A DNA stretch of 63,445 bases, the filler included, from Octopus bimaculoides (taxonomy: Eukaryota), in assembly GCF_001194135.2 (NCBI RefSeq). It is 5 parts of 5 records of this genome, joined end to end, with 100 filler letters (N's around TTAATTAATTAA, not from the genome) between each part and the next. Parts side by side here need not be neighbours in the genome. Positions count along the whole stretch, not along the records: positions 1 to 19,725 come from NC_068995.1; positions 19,826 to 37,726 come from NC_068982.1; 3 more parts are not named here. One strand, 5' to 3'. The notes beneath the pieces are model-generated. The model was not told the DNA's origin, did no database searches, and saw nothing but the letters and a program-made list of their open reading frames with translations. Made by a program: the position numbers and the translations under genes. Positions 13,516 through 26,611 of this stretch are shown in pieces. Within the stretch, counting starts at the first letter, position 1, and each line of letters begins with the position of its first letter.

Positions 13516-14084
13516 TTTCTAATAAATACAGAAACAGGGAACCATCTCCATTACCAACTTACTCTTAAGCACAATTCTCTACGAAAAATTCTCACATTTC
13601 AGCTCTTACGATGTTAACTCATAACGTAACTCGTTATTACCTCCCTTTATCGTTTATTTCTTTTTGTGTCATTGAAGTCAGGAGCTGTTCCCTCAATGAC
13701 TCTATTGGGAGCAAATCAAATGTTTCATAATTTCAGATTATAGTAAATAAACTTTTTAAGATACCTAAAATTCTTTTATATTTAATTGCTTTACAATTAA
13801 ATACTCAATTATTTCAATCAATTAAGGCTGCAAGTTGATCTATTCTCCCCATTTTCCCTTCCATATTGTCCCTTCTGTATAATAACAGTTGATGCATCAT
13901 ACGAATAAATCTCATAAATAATCTACCTCTATATACATCTTCCACTTATTTTATGTGTGTGTTTTATTTCTCCATTTATTTCATGTGAAAACATTTTCCA
14001 TTTAATGTGTCTGTATTTGTGTTTATATGGCTATATTTACCTACACATTTTATTCAATATTCTAAATATATGTTGCTTTTTTAT

Positions 14085-14814
14085 AGGGGGTTCCTATAAG
14101 GTTGTTATCCACCCCTGATTGGAACTCTCCCGTATGACATGTACGCATGCTCAGTGACTTGCTTTAACAGTTGCAATCAGCTGAATGCACATTGCCAGTG
14201 ACCTTTGACATAATTACCCACACTTTGTGGTCAGGATTCTTTTTTTGGTTTGATGTCGGTATTGAAGAGATTACCAGACACCGGACAATACAGTGAGAGC
14301 AGCTTTCACTCACATCGTGGTATTCGATGCTGTGTACGTGTCTGTCGTGGTAAAATATGCCACTCCTTAACTGTTGCTTTGCTTTCATCCGTAGCACGAG
14401 GTAATTATGTCATTATCTGTGAAATTCGGCAACTTACAAAGATCTTTAGATCAGGCAATACTTCACCGAGATGAGATATAAGCTTCTGCTTATTCCTGTC
14501 TGAAGTATCGTCCGATACTTCAGACTTATCGTCCGATGAATTTACTTTGTTGACATTCTTCATCGACAGAATTTTTATTCCTTTCAACCTTTCAGTCAAG
14601 TCCACCTTTCTTCCAGTAACATACTGTCCATATAATCTTAAATATTTCTTTAACTCAGGTACAGTAAGTACTTCGATAGCTGAATCATCAAGCTGCTTTA
14701 TATCCATGATAAGACGTAAAACAATAACAATGGCGTGGGTAGTCTGCGGAAGTTTAATTATCTACATGGAGCGCCACCTAGCCAAGGGAGATAACCTACT
14801 TATAGGAAAGCCCT
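14085..14814 (-). mobile_element. Internally deleted TIR DNA transposon (ISL2EU/PHIS-like) carrying a SAP + SWIM gene remnant
   Basis: Terminal 28-mers match 23/28 (tatagggggttcctataaggttgttatc vs tatagggctttcctataagtaggttatc). AT on both flanks; a TA reading is also possible. Confidence 0.7.
14164..14707 (-). pseudogene. Frameshifted SAP-domain / SWIM-finger protein N-terminus (transposon accessory ORF)
   Basis: SAP motif LTVPELKKYLRLYGQYVTGRKVDLTERL. Then LPNFTDNDI/NYLVLRMKAKQQLRSG across two frameshifts, then HKVWVIMSKVTGNVHSADCNC (first half of a SWIM finger) and a stop. Confidence 0.75.
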
Positions 14815-15736
14815 ATATATGATTACGTTTGCATCGTTGTACATTCTGTTATCTTATTCACTGTAAATAGTTTTCTAGCGCAGCCCATATTCTAATAAGC
14901 CTTGTTTATTAATCTTGTCGACTGTCCGACGCATCTTAGAAGTTATGCGACCAGGCAACGAGTAATAAGCAGGGCCTGTAGGGCTCAATTAGAGAATTGT
15001 CAATGGAGAATTCTACTTTACAAAAGTTGAAGATTGATACTTTATGTTTCGTATAGGACGCCAGTCCCAGCCAAAAGCGTCGAGGGGTTGAGGTTCGAAC
15101 AATAGCTACAATGATATATTAAAAATTCATCATAGCGTCCTCCGTTTGAGCATGTGCGCTGGGTCATCTCTTGAGACGCAGGGACCAATTTGAGCAAATC
15201 TGTCCAATTGGCTGAAAACCAGTCTTGGTTATAAGCAACTTGACAATCTCACTCCGCAGACCACTCCATTCAACAACTCTTTCACCTCTTGCTTGCAGAG
15301 TTTGTCTCCCCTCTACGTACTTTCACCTCTTTTGGATTAAATTTCTATCTTCAATTTACCAAAACTGCAGTTTTACATCGTTCGCCAAGACCTGCCTACA
15401 AACTCCTCTACTCCAACGTACACATACTATACACATTGTATTAGCTCATTGATTCACAGACACACGCGCACAATTTACACGCAGACAGCTCTTAAAACAC
15501 TCTCGCACTTACAAGAGCAGCATATTCAAACACATACACACATAAACACAAATGACCATACACATACGTACCACATGCACTCTTCATATTGCATGCACAC
15601 ACACGCATACACCCACCTACACACGTACACACACTACATATTTTCGGCCATTTCTGTTCTTAACATACATCCACACAAATGCGCACACACGCACGCACAT
15701 GCGGGCGCGCGCACACACACACACACACATACTTAT

Positions 15737-15876
15737 GCTTGCTTACCAGTCACATGGTTCCAGGTTCAGTCCCACTGCGTGGCACCTTGGGCAAGTGTCT
15801 TCTACTATAGCCTCGAGTCGACCAAGGCTTTGTGAGTAGCTTTGGTAGACGGAAACTGAAAGAAGCCCATCGTATA
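15737..15876 (+). mobile_element. tRNA-SINE family A, 5' half
   Basis: TTGCTTACCAGTCACATGGTTCCAGGTTCAGTCCC...GGAAACTGAAAGAAGCCC; homologous to 51545-51936. Confidence 0.85.
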
Positions 15877-16409
15877 TATATATATATATATATATNNNNN
15901 NNNNNNNNNNNNNNNNNNNNNNNNNNNNNNNNNNNNNNNNNNNNNNNNNNNNNNNNNNNNNNNNNNNNNNNNNNNNNNNNNNNNNNNNNNNNNNNNNNNN
16001 NNNNNNNNNNNNNNNNNNNNNNNNNNNNNNNNNNNNNNNNNNNNNNNNNNNNNNNNNNNNNNNNNNNNNNNNNNNNNNNNNNNNNNNNNNNNNNNNNNNN
16101 NNNNNNNNNNNNNNNNNNNNNNNNNNNNNNNNNNNNNNNNNNNNNNNNNNNNNNNNNNNNNNNNNNNNNNNNNNNNNNNNNNNNNNNNNNNNNNNNNNNN
16201 NNNNNNNNNNNNNNNNNNNNNNNNNNNNNNNNNNNNNNNNNNNNNNNNNNNNNNNNNNNNNNNNNNNNNNNNNNNNNNNNNNNNNNNNNNNNNNNNNNNN
16301 NNNNNNNNNNNNNNNNNNNNNNNNNNNNNNNNNNNNNNNNNNNNNNNNNNNNNNNNNNNNNNNNNNNNNNNNNNNNNNNNNNNNNNNNNNNNNNNNNNNN
16401 NNNNNNNNT

Positions 16410-16632
16410 AACTTTCGTAAGCCAGGAGCAAGTCAAAACTGACATTTCAGAGTTCTTCGCTTTTAAACCAAAAGAGTTTTAAATTGATGGGATTAACATG
16501 CTTGTAAATAGATGGAAGGAAGTCATAGCTAATCAGGGAAAGTACATTGATGATTAAATTTCAATTAAATATAACATTTGATCACATGTTTTCTTTATTC
16601 AAAATTCGGACAGAACTTATGGGATGACCTGA
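16410..16632 (+). mobile_element. Mariner element 3' end with right TIR
   Basis: FVSQEQVKTDISEFFAFKPKEF*IDGINMLVNRWKEVIANQGKYIDD*, then TIR CGGACAGAACTTATGGGATGACCTGA|TA. Confidence 0.85.
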
Positions 16633-16639
16633 TAGAAAG

Positions 16640-18503
16640 ACCTTTTCCGATATATGCAAATGCTTGCTGCATTTTCTTAATGGTTTAGTAACGCGGCTCA
16701 GGTTCGATTTCCTCTTCTTTATTTTGCTGCTCGTAAAGCTCTATCAAATCCTCGTTCGTCAGAGCTGCTTGTCTTTTTAAAATAAATCTGTGAAATCCTC
16801 CTCCTCCAAATCCATTCCCAGTTCTTTGATCGTAGTCACCAGCGTTTGGTTGATGGCAACATTATCAAACCCCTTAAAAGCATTCATGAATTGCGGGCAA
16901 AGCTTCTTCCATACACCATTTTTAGCCGTGCTCTGTACATCATTCCATGCCGCTGCTATGTTCTGTACAGCCTTGTAGATATCGTATCTCTTCCAAATGT
17001 CACGAAGTTTGATGGACTCATCAAGATCAGTTGCAGTTATTGCTTGTCGCAGCGTACGCTTCATATAGTAACGCTTGAAGATAGCAATTATTCTCTGATC
17101 CATTGGCTGCAGAAAAGGCGTGGTGTTCGGAGGGAGGTATACGACGGTAACGTTGGAGTCAAAATCTACGATGTTTTGCGGGTGGCCAGGAGCATTATCT
17201 AAGATAAGTAAAACCTTAAAGGGAATCCCCTTTCTCTTTACAGTACTTCTCTGCTACTGGGATAAAATTTTGAACCAATCTTCAAAAACAACAACTGAAA
17301 CCCATGCTTTTGAGCTAGCCATCCCTATAACAGGTAGAGATGCCTTGGGTATGTTCTTCAGGGCGCGGAGGTTGTGTGCACGATACACAAGCAATGGCTT
17401 CAACTTAAAATCTCCTGCACAATTACTTCCCAACATCTGCAATTTTTTCCAATACAATCCAGTTTCGTCTACGTTAAAAGTTTGTTCGGGAAGAAACCCG
17501 TATTCTTTGATGATTTTCTTTAATGCATTAGGAAATTCTGCTGCTGCTTGTTCGTCAGCTGATGCACTTTCACCTCGCTTCTTAATGGAGTGATTACTTC
17601 TTCGCTCCTTAAATCTCATGAGCCATCCTTGACTTGCCTTGAACTCTACATTTTTCTCATCTGGATATTTTTTCTTCAGGTCCTCAAAGATAACGCTTTC
17701 ACTTGAATAATTTCTTGACTAATAGTAGCACGCTGACGATTTAACCTAACAATCTAAAGAGAAAGAAGACTAAATTTCTTCAAAGATTTTGCCTCTTTTT
17801 TATTGATGACAGTGTTCTTCATCCCTGGGACTTCAGATTTGATATGTGCTAAAATCTTGTCCTTGTTATGTAGAATTGTCGATACATTTGTCCAACTCAT
17901 CCCCAAAGATCGTGCAATCGCTATCACATTTTCACCTTTTTCATGGCATTTTATCAAAGCCAGTTTATCTTCCAGCCTTATAGCATGACGCTTAGCACTT
18001 TCACTATGAATTTTCTTAGGAGCCAAGGGGGTGCTAAATAAGGTCATAAATGTATGCGAATGAGAATGTAGCCGATAAACAGACGTAAACAAATCTGAAT
18101 TCAAAATAATTGCGGGAATCATGAGTGACAACGATGCCTAGCGGTAGATATTGGAACTACAGTGCAATATGAGCTCCGAAAGATCGATGAATAAAACAAC
18201 ACAGCTGATTTCATGATTTCGTTCTCTAAGCTACGCTACTTTATGGTGTGTATCTTAACATTTACTGTACATATTTTAATATGATTTTATATGCTTTTAT
18301 TCTTATTTATTGTATAGTAACATGATTTTATGTGCTTTTAACGGTTTTCTAGTGATTTTACGATTACAGTATTTGTGGCGGACAGACGTAAATTCGAGTA
18401 AATTGAATTTGCTTGATTTTTACTTTTTCATATAGTACTTTTGAAAACCGACGTATAATCGAGAACAACTTAAGTAGAAACGACTTAAGCCGAGGTATGC
18501 CTT
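16640..18503 (-). mobile_element. Tigger/pogo-family transposon, decayed (TIGD1-like transposase)
   Basis: N-terminal HTH (KRHAIRLEDKLALIKCHEKGE...IARSLGM...VSTILHNKDKI), GESASAD, FNVDETGLYWKK, GSNCAGDFKLKPLLVY, LLILDNAPGHP, LPPNTT...PMDQRII. 5' TIR AGGCATACCTCGG at 18491-18503 next to TA. Confidence 0.9.
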
Positions 18504-18982
18504 TATACATGCGCGCGCGCACACACATATATACATACATACAAATTGGGATTTTCAGAAAGAGAAATTGACCAGCTGATTCGTACATTACAAATACAAT
18601 CTGTGAGTGGAACAGTAAAAATATGTAAGACATTTCACAAGTTCCAAATGTGAATTTGTCTGTTAACTACATTCCAAAGATGGAGCCTTGTATCTTTGTT
18701 GGAAATCGGTTCCCTCCGTGGAAGATTTATGATAATTAAAAAATGGAAGAGACATACATACATACATACATACATATATCTATCACGTAATTGGATGCCT
18801 GCTGCTGATCCTTCTGAGTTCATCCGACCTTTGACGGGTCTTGCTTTTCATTTCATTGGGTGTCAAAATAGCACCTTTCTCTACATGTAGGCTAGGTTGT
18901 ATTATCTCTTTAGTCGCCAATGGCCCGATCATGCAACAGGGTCACGTTACAAGCGGCACTCAAGAACGATCTGACGCAAGCC

Positions 18983-19021
<39 letters not shown>

Positions 19022-19084
19022 CATATACATACACACGCACTTATATGCATGTATTATTATTGATATATATATACACAGACATGT

Positions 19085-19725
19085 AGGAAGTAAATAGACA
19101 CCTTTAATTTTCAATTTTTTTTATTTAATGCGCAAAGCGAACAATTGAAATGTAATCAATAGGTAGGACTACATACTTTAGTATTTAGTTGACATTCCCT
19201 TTGCAGTTTTTAATTCAGGAACTCTTTTTGGCATGGAACTAATTAGCGTTGTGATTGTCTCTTGTGGAATTTCTACCCACTTTTCACGCAACAATCGAAA
19301 CAATTCATCTTTAGATTTAGGTTTCTGTCGAGTTTTTCGTATAGCTCTATCTAGTATGCTCCAAAGATTTTCAATTGGGTTCATGTCAGGAGATTAGCTC
19401 GGCCAAGGAGGCTTTTTGATCCCATTTTCAGTCAACCATTGTTGATTCCTTTTTCGCTGTGTGGCATGGAGGCCCATCTTCCATGAATAAAAACTCATTT
19501 TTCGTTATGTTATCGTGTGAATACATCGGAAGTGGTCCTTCCTTAAGTATTTCGATGTATTTTTCAGAGTTTATGGTTCCAACACATTCGATCAGCCCAG
19601 AACGCTGCCCCTACCATTACGGAGATACTGCCATGTTTCACAGTTGGTTGGAGTCGTTTCAAATCAAATTCTTGATTGGAAAGGCTCCAGACCCAAACAA
19701 GTCCACTGTCTGAAAATAATGCAAA
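19085..19725 (-). mobile_element. Tc1-like transposon 3' part
   Basis: CVGTINSEKYIEILKEG...FMEDGPPCH...SPDMNPIENLW...WVEIP...LISSMPKR...GMSTKY. Terminal GAAGTAAATAGACACCTTTA is shared with 48388. Confidence 0.9.
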
Positions 19726-19769
19726 NNNNNNNNNNNNNNNNNNNNNNNNNNNNNNNNNNNNNNNNNNNN

Positions 19770-19781
19770 TTAATTAATTAA
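19770..19781. other. Artificial scaffold-join marker TTAATTAATTAA (also at 37771-82, 52895-906, 60227-38)
   Basis: The same 12-mer sits between 44-N blocks in all four places and encodes stops in all frames. Confidence 0.95.
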
Positions 19782-19825
19782 NNNNNNNNNNNNNNNNNNN
19801 NNNNNNNNNNNNNNNNNNNNNNNNN

Positions 19826-19924
19826 GAATAAGTCCTGGGGTCGATTTGCTCGACTAAAGGCGGTGCTCCAGCATGGCCACAGTCAAAAAGACTGAAACAA
19901 GTAAAAGAGTAAAAGAGTAAAAGA

Positions 19925-19925
<1 letters not shown>
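19826..19925 (+). mobile_element. tRNA-SINE family A, 3' end
   Basis: GGTGCTCCAGCATGGCCACAGTC...GAAACAAGTAAAAGAGTAAAAGAG tail. Confidence 0.85.
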
Positions 19926-19955
<30 letters not shown>

Positions 19956-20742
19956 TGTGTGCTTCTATATATTTTAACACTAAGCGTATCATAGTATCAT
20001 ATCAACGTTAGTTTGAGCCTTACCAGCTTTCTGAATTTCTCTTTTTTTTCCAAGAATGTCTTTGATATAATTCTAATTTTTTTTCTCTCGCAGGTGAACG
20101 TGAGTGTGTATTTTGTATGCACGCGCAAGTATCTGTCTGTCTGTCTGTCTGTGTGTACGTGTTCGCATGAGCTCGTTTGCTTTGTTTTGAAACTGTAAAC
20201 ATCTACATGATTTTGCATTCTAATTTAAGTAGCAATACATTTTACGTATCTTCTTTATAACTAATATATTCATAAATATAAATTGAATCGCTAACTCCCT
20301 ATGTAGTGATGCGAGCGAATTGGTTGCTGGCCACTACTCTCAGGGTTTGATGGCGAAGATGAGATTTTGTGATCTAATGAAGTCAAATCAAAATACACAG
20401 GCGGGATACGAACTGCACAAGCGCTTGTATTTGAAATTTGATCCGTGTGGGTACAAAGATGCTAATATGAAAGGTGTATTCCTGTCGAGCGCGCAGGCAT
20501 AAACGAAGAAACGTGGCTTTCAGTCCCTCCGGGATGGTTATATTTCTGTAGCCTCTCATGTGACTTCTTTATATTAAGCATGTTAGGCTTTATTTTAAAA
20601 TGTACTTATGGGGCGCTGTTTAGTACATTTACCCACTCACAGACACACACAGGCCCAAATAACGACGCACACACAGACGCACACTCACTCACCACAAACC
20701 CATACATCCTCATAATTCGATGTGTTCATGTATATGTGTGAG

Positions 20743-20789
<47 letters not shown>

Positions 20790-22349
20790 ATAGGAACATA
20801 TAAATACATATAAGGACAGGTGTGTGTATATATGTNNNNNNNNNNNNNNNNNNNNNNNNNNNNNNNNNNNNNNNNNNNNNNNNNNNNNNNNNNNNNNNNN
20901 NNNNNNNNNNNNNNNNNNNNNNNNNNNNNNNNNNNNNNNNNNNNNNNNNNNNNNNNNNNNNNNNNNNNNNNNNNNNNNNNNNNNNNNNNNNNNNNNNNNN
21001 NNNNNNNNNNNNNNNNNNNNNNNNNNNNNNNNNNNNNNNNNNNNNNNNNNNNNNNNNNNNNNNNNNNNNNNNNNNNNNNNNNNNNNNNNNNNNNNNNNNN
21101 NNNNNNNNNNNNNNNNNNNNNNNNNNNNNNNNNNNNNNNNNNNNNNNNNNNNNNNNNNNNNNNNNNNNNNNNNNNNNNNNNNNNNNNNNNNNNNNNNNNN
21201 NNNNNNNNNNNNNNNNNNNNNNNNNNNNNNNNNNNNNNNNNNNNNNNNNNNNNNNNNNNNNNNNNNNNNNNNNNNNNNNNNNNNNNNNNNNNNNNNNNNN
21301 NNNNNNNNNNNNNNNNNNNNNNNNNNNNNNNNNNNNNNNNNNNNNNNNNNNNNNNNNNNNNNNNNNNNNNNNNNNNNNNNNNNNNNNNNNNNNNNNNNNN
21401 NNNNNNNNNNNNNNNNNNNNNNNNNNNNNNNNNNNNNNNNNNNNNNNNNNNNNNNNNNNNNNNNNNNNNNNNNNNNNNNNNNNNNNNNNNNNNNNNNNNN
21501 NNNNNNNNNNNNNNNNNNNNNNNNNNNNTATATATATATATATATATATATATATCTGTGTGTGTGTATACACACACACACACATATATATGTAATATGT
21601 ATGTATATATATACATATAATATATATAGACATATGTATATACGCATACACACGTAAATATATACACATATACACAAATAGTTGATATATTATATCTATT
21701 TTTTATATAGATGTATGTGTATTCATTTACTATATATGAATTATATAGCAAAGGAATGAATGACAGAGAGAGCAAGTGACATAGAGAGAGGGAGAGAAAG
21801 AGAGATGGAGAGAGAGAGAAAATTAGAGAGAGCGTGAGAGAATGGAGAGAGGGTGTAGGTAGTGAGGAAATCACAGTAATAAAAGAAAGATGTACTTAGA
21901 CAAGTTGTTTCAGAAAGGTACATACATAGGCAAGTTGTTTCAGAAATAGTTTTTCTTTGTGTAATAATGCGTTTACAATACCGAGAAATTGTAGTTGTTT
22001 GAGTCTGCTTTGATTTCCGCTTAAGAGTGGATTTTTGAAATTCCTTTCTTTTTTTTTTTTTCACGTTGATGTTCAACATTATTGGTGTCCCAGAAGTTTC
22101 CACTTCTGAGTAGGAGCGTTTGAGAGAAAGTTTTTAAATGCGGTATTTAGGAATTGAGATATAGAATGGGACTGTTTAAAAGTAGTTTCTTCTTTATTTT
22201 CATTCTCAGAAGCTTGTACTTTGAACGTTTCTTATCTATATACTGAGCGAAAATTTAGTATCAAGCGATCGAAATGTGTATGAATATACAGTGAGTTTCG
22301 AATTTGCCATTGAAACATGCATTTGGGTAATGACCCCTGATCACCCTAT

Positions 22350-22918
22350 TTATTTGGATAGGCATGTCCCAAATGTCTGTGAATAAGCAGGTGTAATTTG
22401 CCGTTGTTTTCTTTCTTTTTTTTTGACGCTGTAGCACATCTTCACTGTTTTCATTTCGAAGTAAAATGATATTACTCAAAAGACATAACTGCCGACTGGA
22501 TTGCGTACCTGGATAAACTGACTGCACAAACCTGGTAACAAAGATAAAATTGTCTGGTGCTGCATTGCTTTCGTTGCATGTTCTGCATATATTATTATCT
22601 CTTTTTTCATTATTGTTTTCATACTTATTTGTGTCCAGACATTACTACCGTGCAGCTGAAATCAGACAATCCAATTTTCTTATTAGCTTAGAGCTTTTGA
22701 TCATTGCCATATATCACGTTCGATTTCTTCCTCAGTGTCGGATCTAAATCGGATCTGAAGCTGGCTGTGCTTTTAAATGTCTTTTGCTTTCTTTAATATT
22801 CTAGAAGTAAAGATGTCCATATTAATTTTGTCTTGTCTCTTGTTTTCATTTTTCTACTCGTTAATCTTTTTCTCCTACGTTATTGTTTCCTAAAACACAC
22901 ACGCGCACGCACACACGC

Positions 22919-22992
<74 letters not shown>

Positions 22993-23012
22993 TCACAAAA
23001 ATATGCATGTGC

Positions 23013-23074
<62 letters not shown>

Positions 23075-26000
23075 ATACATACATACATACATACGTACAT
23101 ACACACATATATGAATAGTGAAAGTGAGGGAGGGAGACATCCTCTGCTTTTCTCCATATTTCATAACCACACCAATGATTTCAATTAATTTTTAGATACC
23201 ACTGTTCTTAGATTATAGTAATTTCACAAACCGTACGAAATTACTCTCTCTCTCTCCCTTAAGCTGTGAATCTCCTTTGGGGTTACGCATTCCTAATTTA
23301 TTTGGGTACAAGTTTTATAATGTAACCTCTTTAATTCACTTAACATTTAATTTATTATCCTAAACAGTTTCTATATAACTGAGATTAGTGTAGTAATAAT
23401 GTAGCCATAATATTCCTAGCTTATTTTGATTTCTTTAGCATTGACTTCCGTTTCTAATATTCGTTTCAAAATTTAATACAAGTCTAGAAATTTCGGTGGA
23501 AGGGATAAGTCGTCTACATCGGCCCAAGTGTTCAACTGGCACTTATTTTATCGACCCTGAAATGGTGAACGGCTTAGTCAAAGTCAGCGGAATTTGAACT
23601 CAGAAGGAACAGACGGACGAGCTTCCGCTTTTAACATTAGCTTGATTTTCGTATCTACTTTTTCTTAATATTCTTACTTTCTGTTTGATCGTATGAGGCA
23701 AATATAATCCTTAATATTTATAAGGATATGTTTGTCCTCATACTTTTATATCACCTTTTGGATATAATTTTAATGTTCTTAATTTTATTTATTTTGGTTC
23801 TTAGACGTGTCGAACACATTTTTGTAGTTCAGTACTCACTCTTCTATCCTGGCTGAATTCAAGGAAAATTGATTTTCTCTCCAGTTGATTATTTATCCTA
23901 GTAAATAGTTACCAGTCACCCATATAGAAGACGTTCTTGGTAATGTGGTAATATTTTGCGGATGAATTTAGATCTAGGAGTAGAAGGAATATTGACTTTC
24001 CTAAAAATGCTACTGTTAGCATGCATATAAGATAGCTTTAATCATACTCTTTTAGCTTTGTAGCAATATAGTGATTTTCCATTTTGGCATGATATGTTTG
24101 GTGCGTCGTGTTAGCATTGAAACTACTGTGTTATATTAAGTATATTCAAGATTGCGCTATACTGGTTAATGATATTTTAGAGGTCTAAAGGTAAATCATA
24201 TATCTTTAGTAGCCACACTGCGTTTATACTTATATTAAAATTAAATTCCAGGCGTCAAGTTTATACCATTTCTCAGCACGTCTGGACACTGAAAGATGAA
24301 AGCACAGCATGCGGAATAATGAAGATTTGAAACATGCTGCTTGTGTATCTATGAAACAATCTTCTCATTGACAAGTCTATTCATCTTAAATTCTTGCTAT
24401 GAACTATTTCTGAAAAGTTATCACCATAACATGCTTATTATTCTATAAACAAGCAGTGGAAATACTTCAATATGTTTATGGAAGTTCCTTGAAATTCTAT
24501 AAATATCTCATCCTATGCAATAAAACATGGTTTATCATTTCTGACACTGAGTCAGAGGCCTTCTAGTAGCTAAATGGTTTAAAATCTTATTTCGCAGGAA
24601 ACAGCAAACTTATAAACTGATATCTGTACTTCATATAATTCGAAAAAGCAAAACATAATACAAAACAAAACAAACTGGAATTTACCCATTGAATGTTGTG
24701 AACACGCTTGCTTTTGCTCAGGTGAATCAAGATCTATCTCTTGTATTTTGTTGCATTATATTTGCATCTTTCCTTCTCAACTCGTCTTTTAATTTTTTTC
24801 CTTTTCTTATATTACCGTGATACTGCGTACTCTTATTCCCGTAAACATTACTAAGTTACTTTAACCTTTTTTGTCTTTCTTGCAGACACCATTCACCATT
24901 TAGCTAGTTACGTAATCATAAACTTCACGCTTCTCTGAAATAAACATATGCTTTATTCATAACGCTAATATTCTCATTTAGAACATTATCTTAATACCTC
25001 TGCGTTCTTTCTTCGGTCTTCTTTCTCTGTTTCCTCGTGTTATATTTCCCCGTCTTTATATTCTTTTATTATTTCCTTTCTGCTCTTTCCCATTCTCATC
25101 ATCTACTTGCTGTCTACATTCTGTTTCATGTATGGAATAAAATAGAGATTTCTTACTCGGACAAATTCTCGCGTTTCTGTCAATCATTAAATAGTTTAGA
25201 GGTGGGGTTTCATTTTATAAGCTGAATTTTAGAATCTCCATTTATATAATGCTCATTCCCCTGTCTCTCCTTTTACATATACATACATATACTCTTTTAC
25301 TCGTTTCAGTCAAGCGGCTGGGGTCATGCTGGAGCACCACCATGGTCTTTCTGGTTTCCTCAGTCTCGGGTGTTTCACATTATCACTCCTGTATGTGCCT
25401 TTGTCTCAGCTGATGGCCCATTTGGTGTATAAGGGAACTTGATGCAAACATTACGATGCGTTACCCATGTAACAAAGTATAGAAAGTCAACATTTATTTG
25501 GAGCATGTACTAAATGTTATAAAATTCAGGATTGAATGTCACGGTTAAGAAAGTCAAGATGCAGGAAATTCAGAAGGCATAATTCAATATTTCATACAAA
25601 AATAATTCATTATTTTACAATTTCAGACGAACGCGTGTACAAAGGAATACGTTGCTGTTGTGAACGTTAATTGATTTAAAACATTTGCTGAAAGATGTAT
25701 GTAGCACGACATAAATTGATTTGGCATCACTATATATTCTGTGTAAGGTTTTAGGCTGTAGAATAAATACTGACTAACACAATAAAAAGGTTGCGCGACG
25801 TTGAATACTCACACTTATAAAGCTGCATAACAGGAATACGATAAGGACGCTACGACTCTTAAAAAAGCGTTTTCTTCAAACTGGTTATAAGGATTGGAAT
25901 AACATTTCTGCGGTTATATTGAAAGAGCCGCTTAGGCTTTCTACTTCACCAAGTTTCCGAATTTCTTATAATACCCAAAGTAACATTTTTTCATATATAT

Positions 26001-26552
26001 TTTTGCGAGTGTTGTGAATGTAGTTAAATCAGCCAAATCTTCATGTTGGTTTGGTTATAAAAAACAGCATAATATTTCAGCATATAAGTAGTGATAACGT
26101 TAATGTTGTTTAAACCGCAACTCTCAGTGATGAAAAAGCAAATCCAAACAGTGGTAGTTCAAAGTGAACACTGTTGTTCGTTCAACATCCAGGCCGCAAC
26201 TAAACTAAACTCTTTCAAACGCTGTCCCTCTGTGTGTCTATCTGTGTCGTTAGATGTGTGTGTGTGTGTGTCAGTCGTAAGAAAAATGTATGTACACTGA
26301 CAGACACATACCCCGTCACATACACTACCACACACATATACTTCTAAGTCATTGCCTAACGCATGTAACCAACGCCCAAGCATACATATAGTGACTGATT
26401 GTTACACGGTCATATAGAAAATGTGACGTGGTGGTGGTGGTATAAAATGTCGTTTACGATAATTGACTGATAGAAAGATTATACGACAAAACCGGCAATT
26501 AAGTTTTCGAATGTATAAGCAACATACGCGGGAGCATACACACAAACTCTGG

Positions 26553-26611
<59 letters not shown>

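Noticed and set aside
24462-24511. Extra minus-strand exon candidates (DEIFIEFQGTSINIL; also 22718-54, 28338-76, 31156-202)
   Set aside because: They break the frame of the proposed chain and have weak donors. They are noted because they show such candidates arise by chance.
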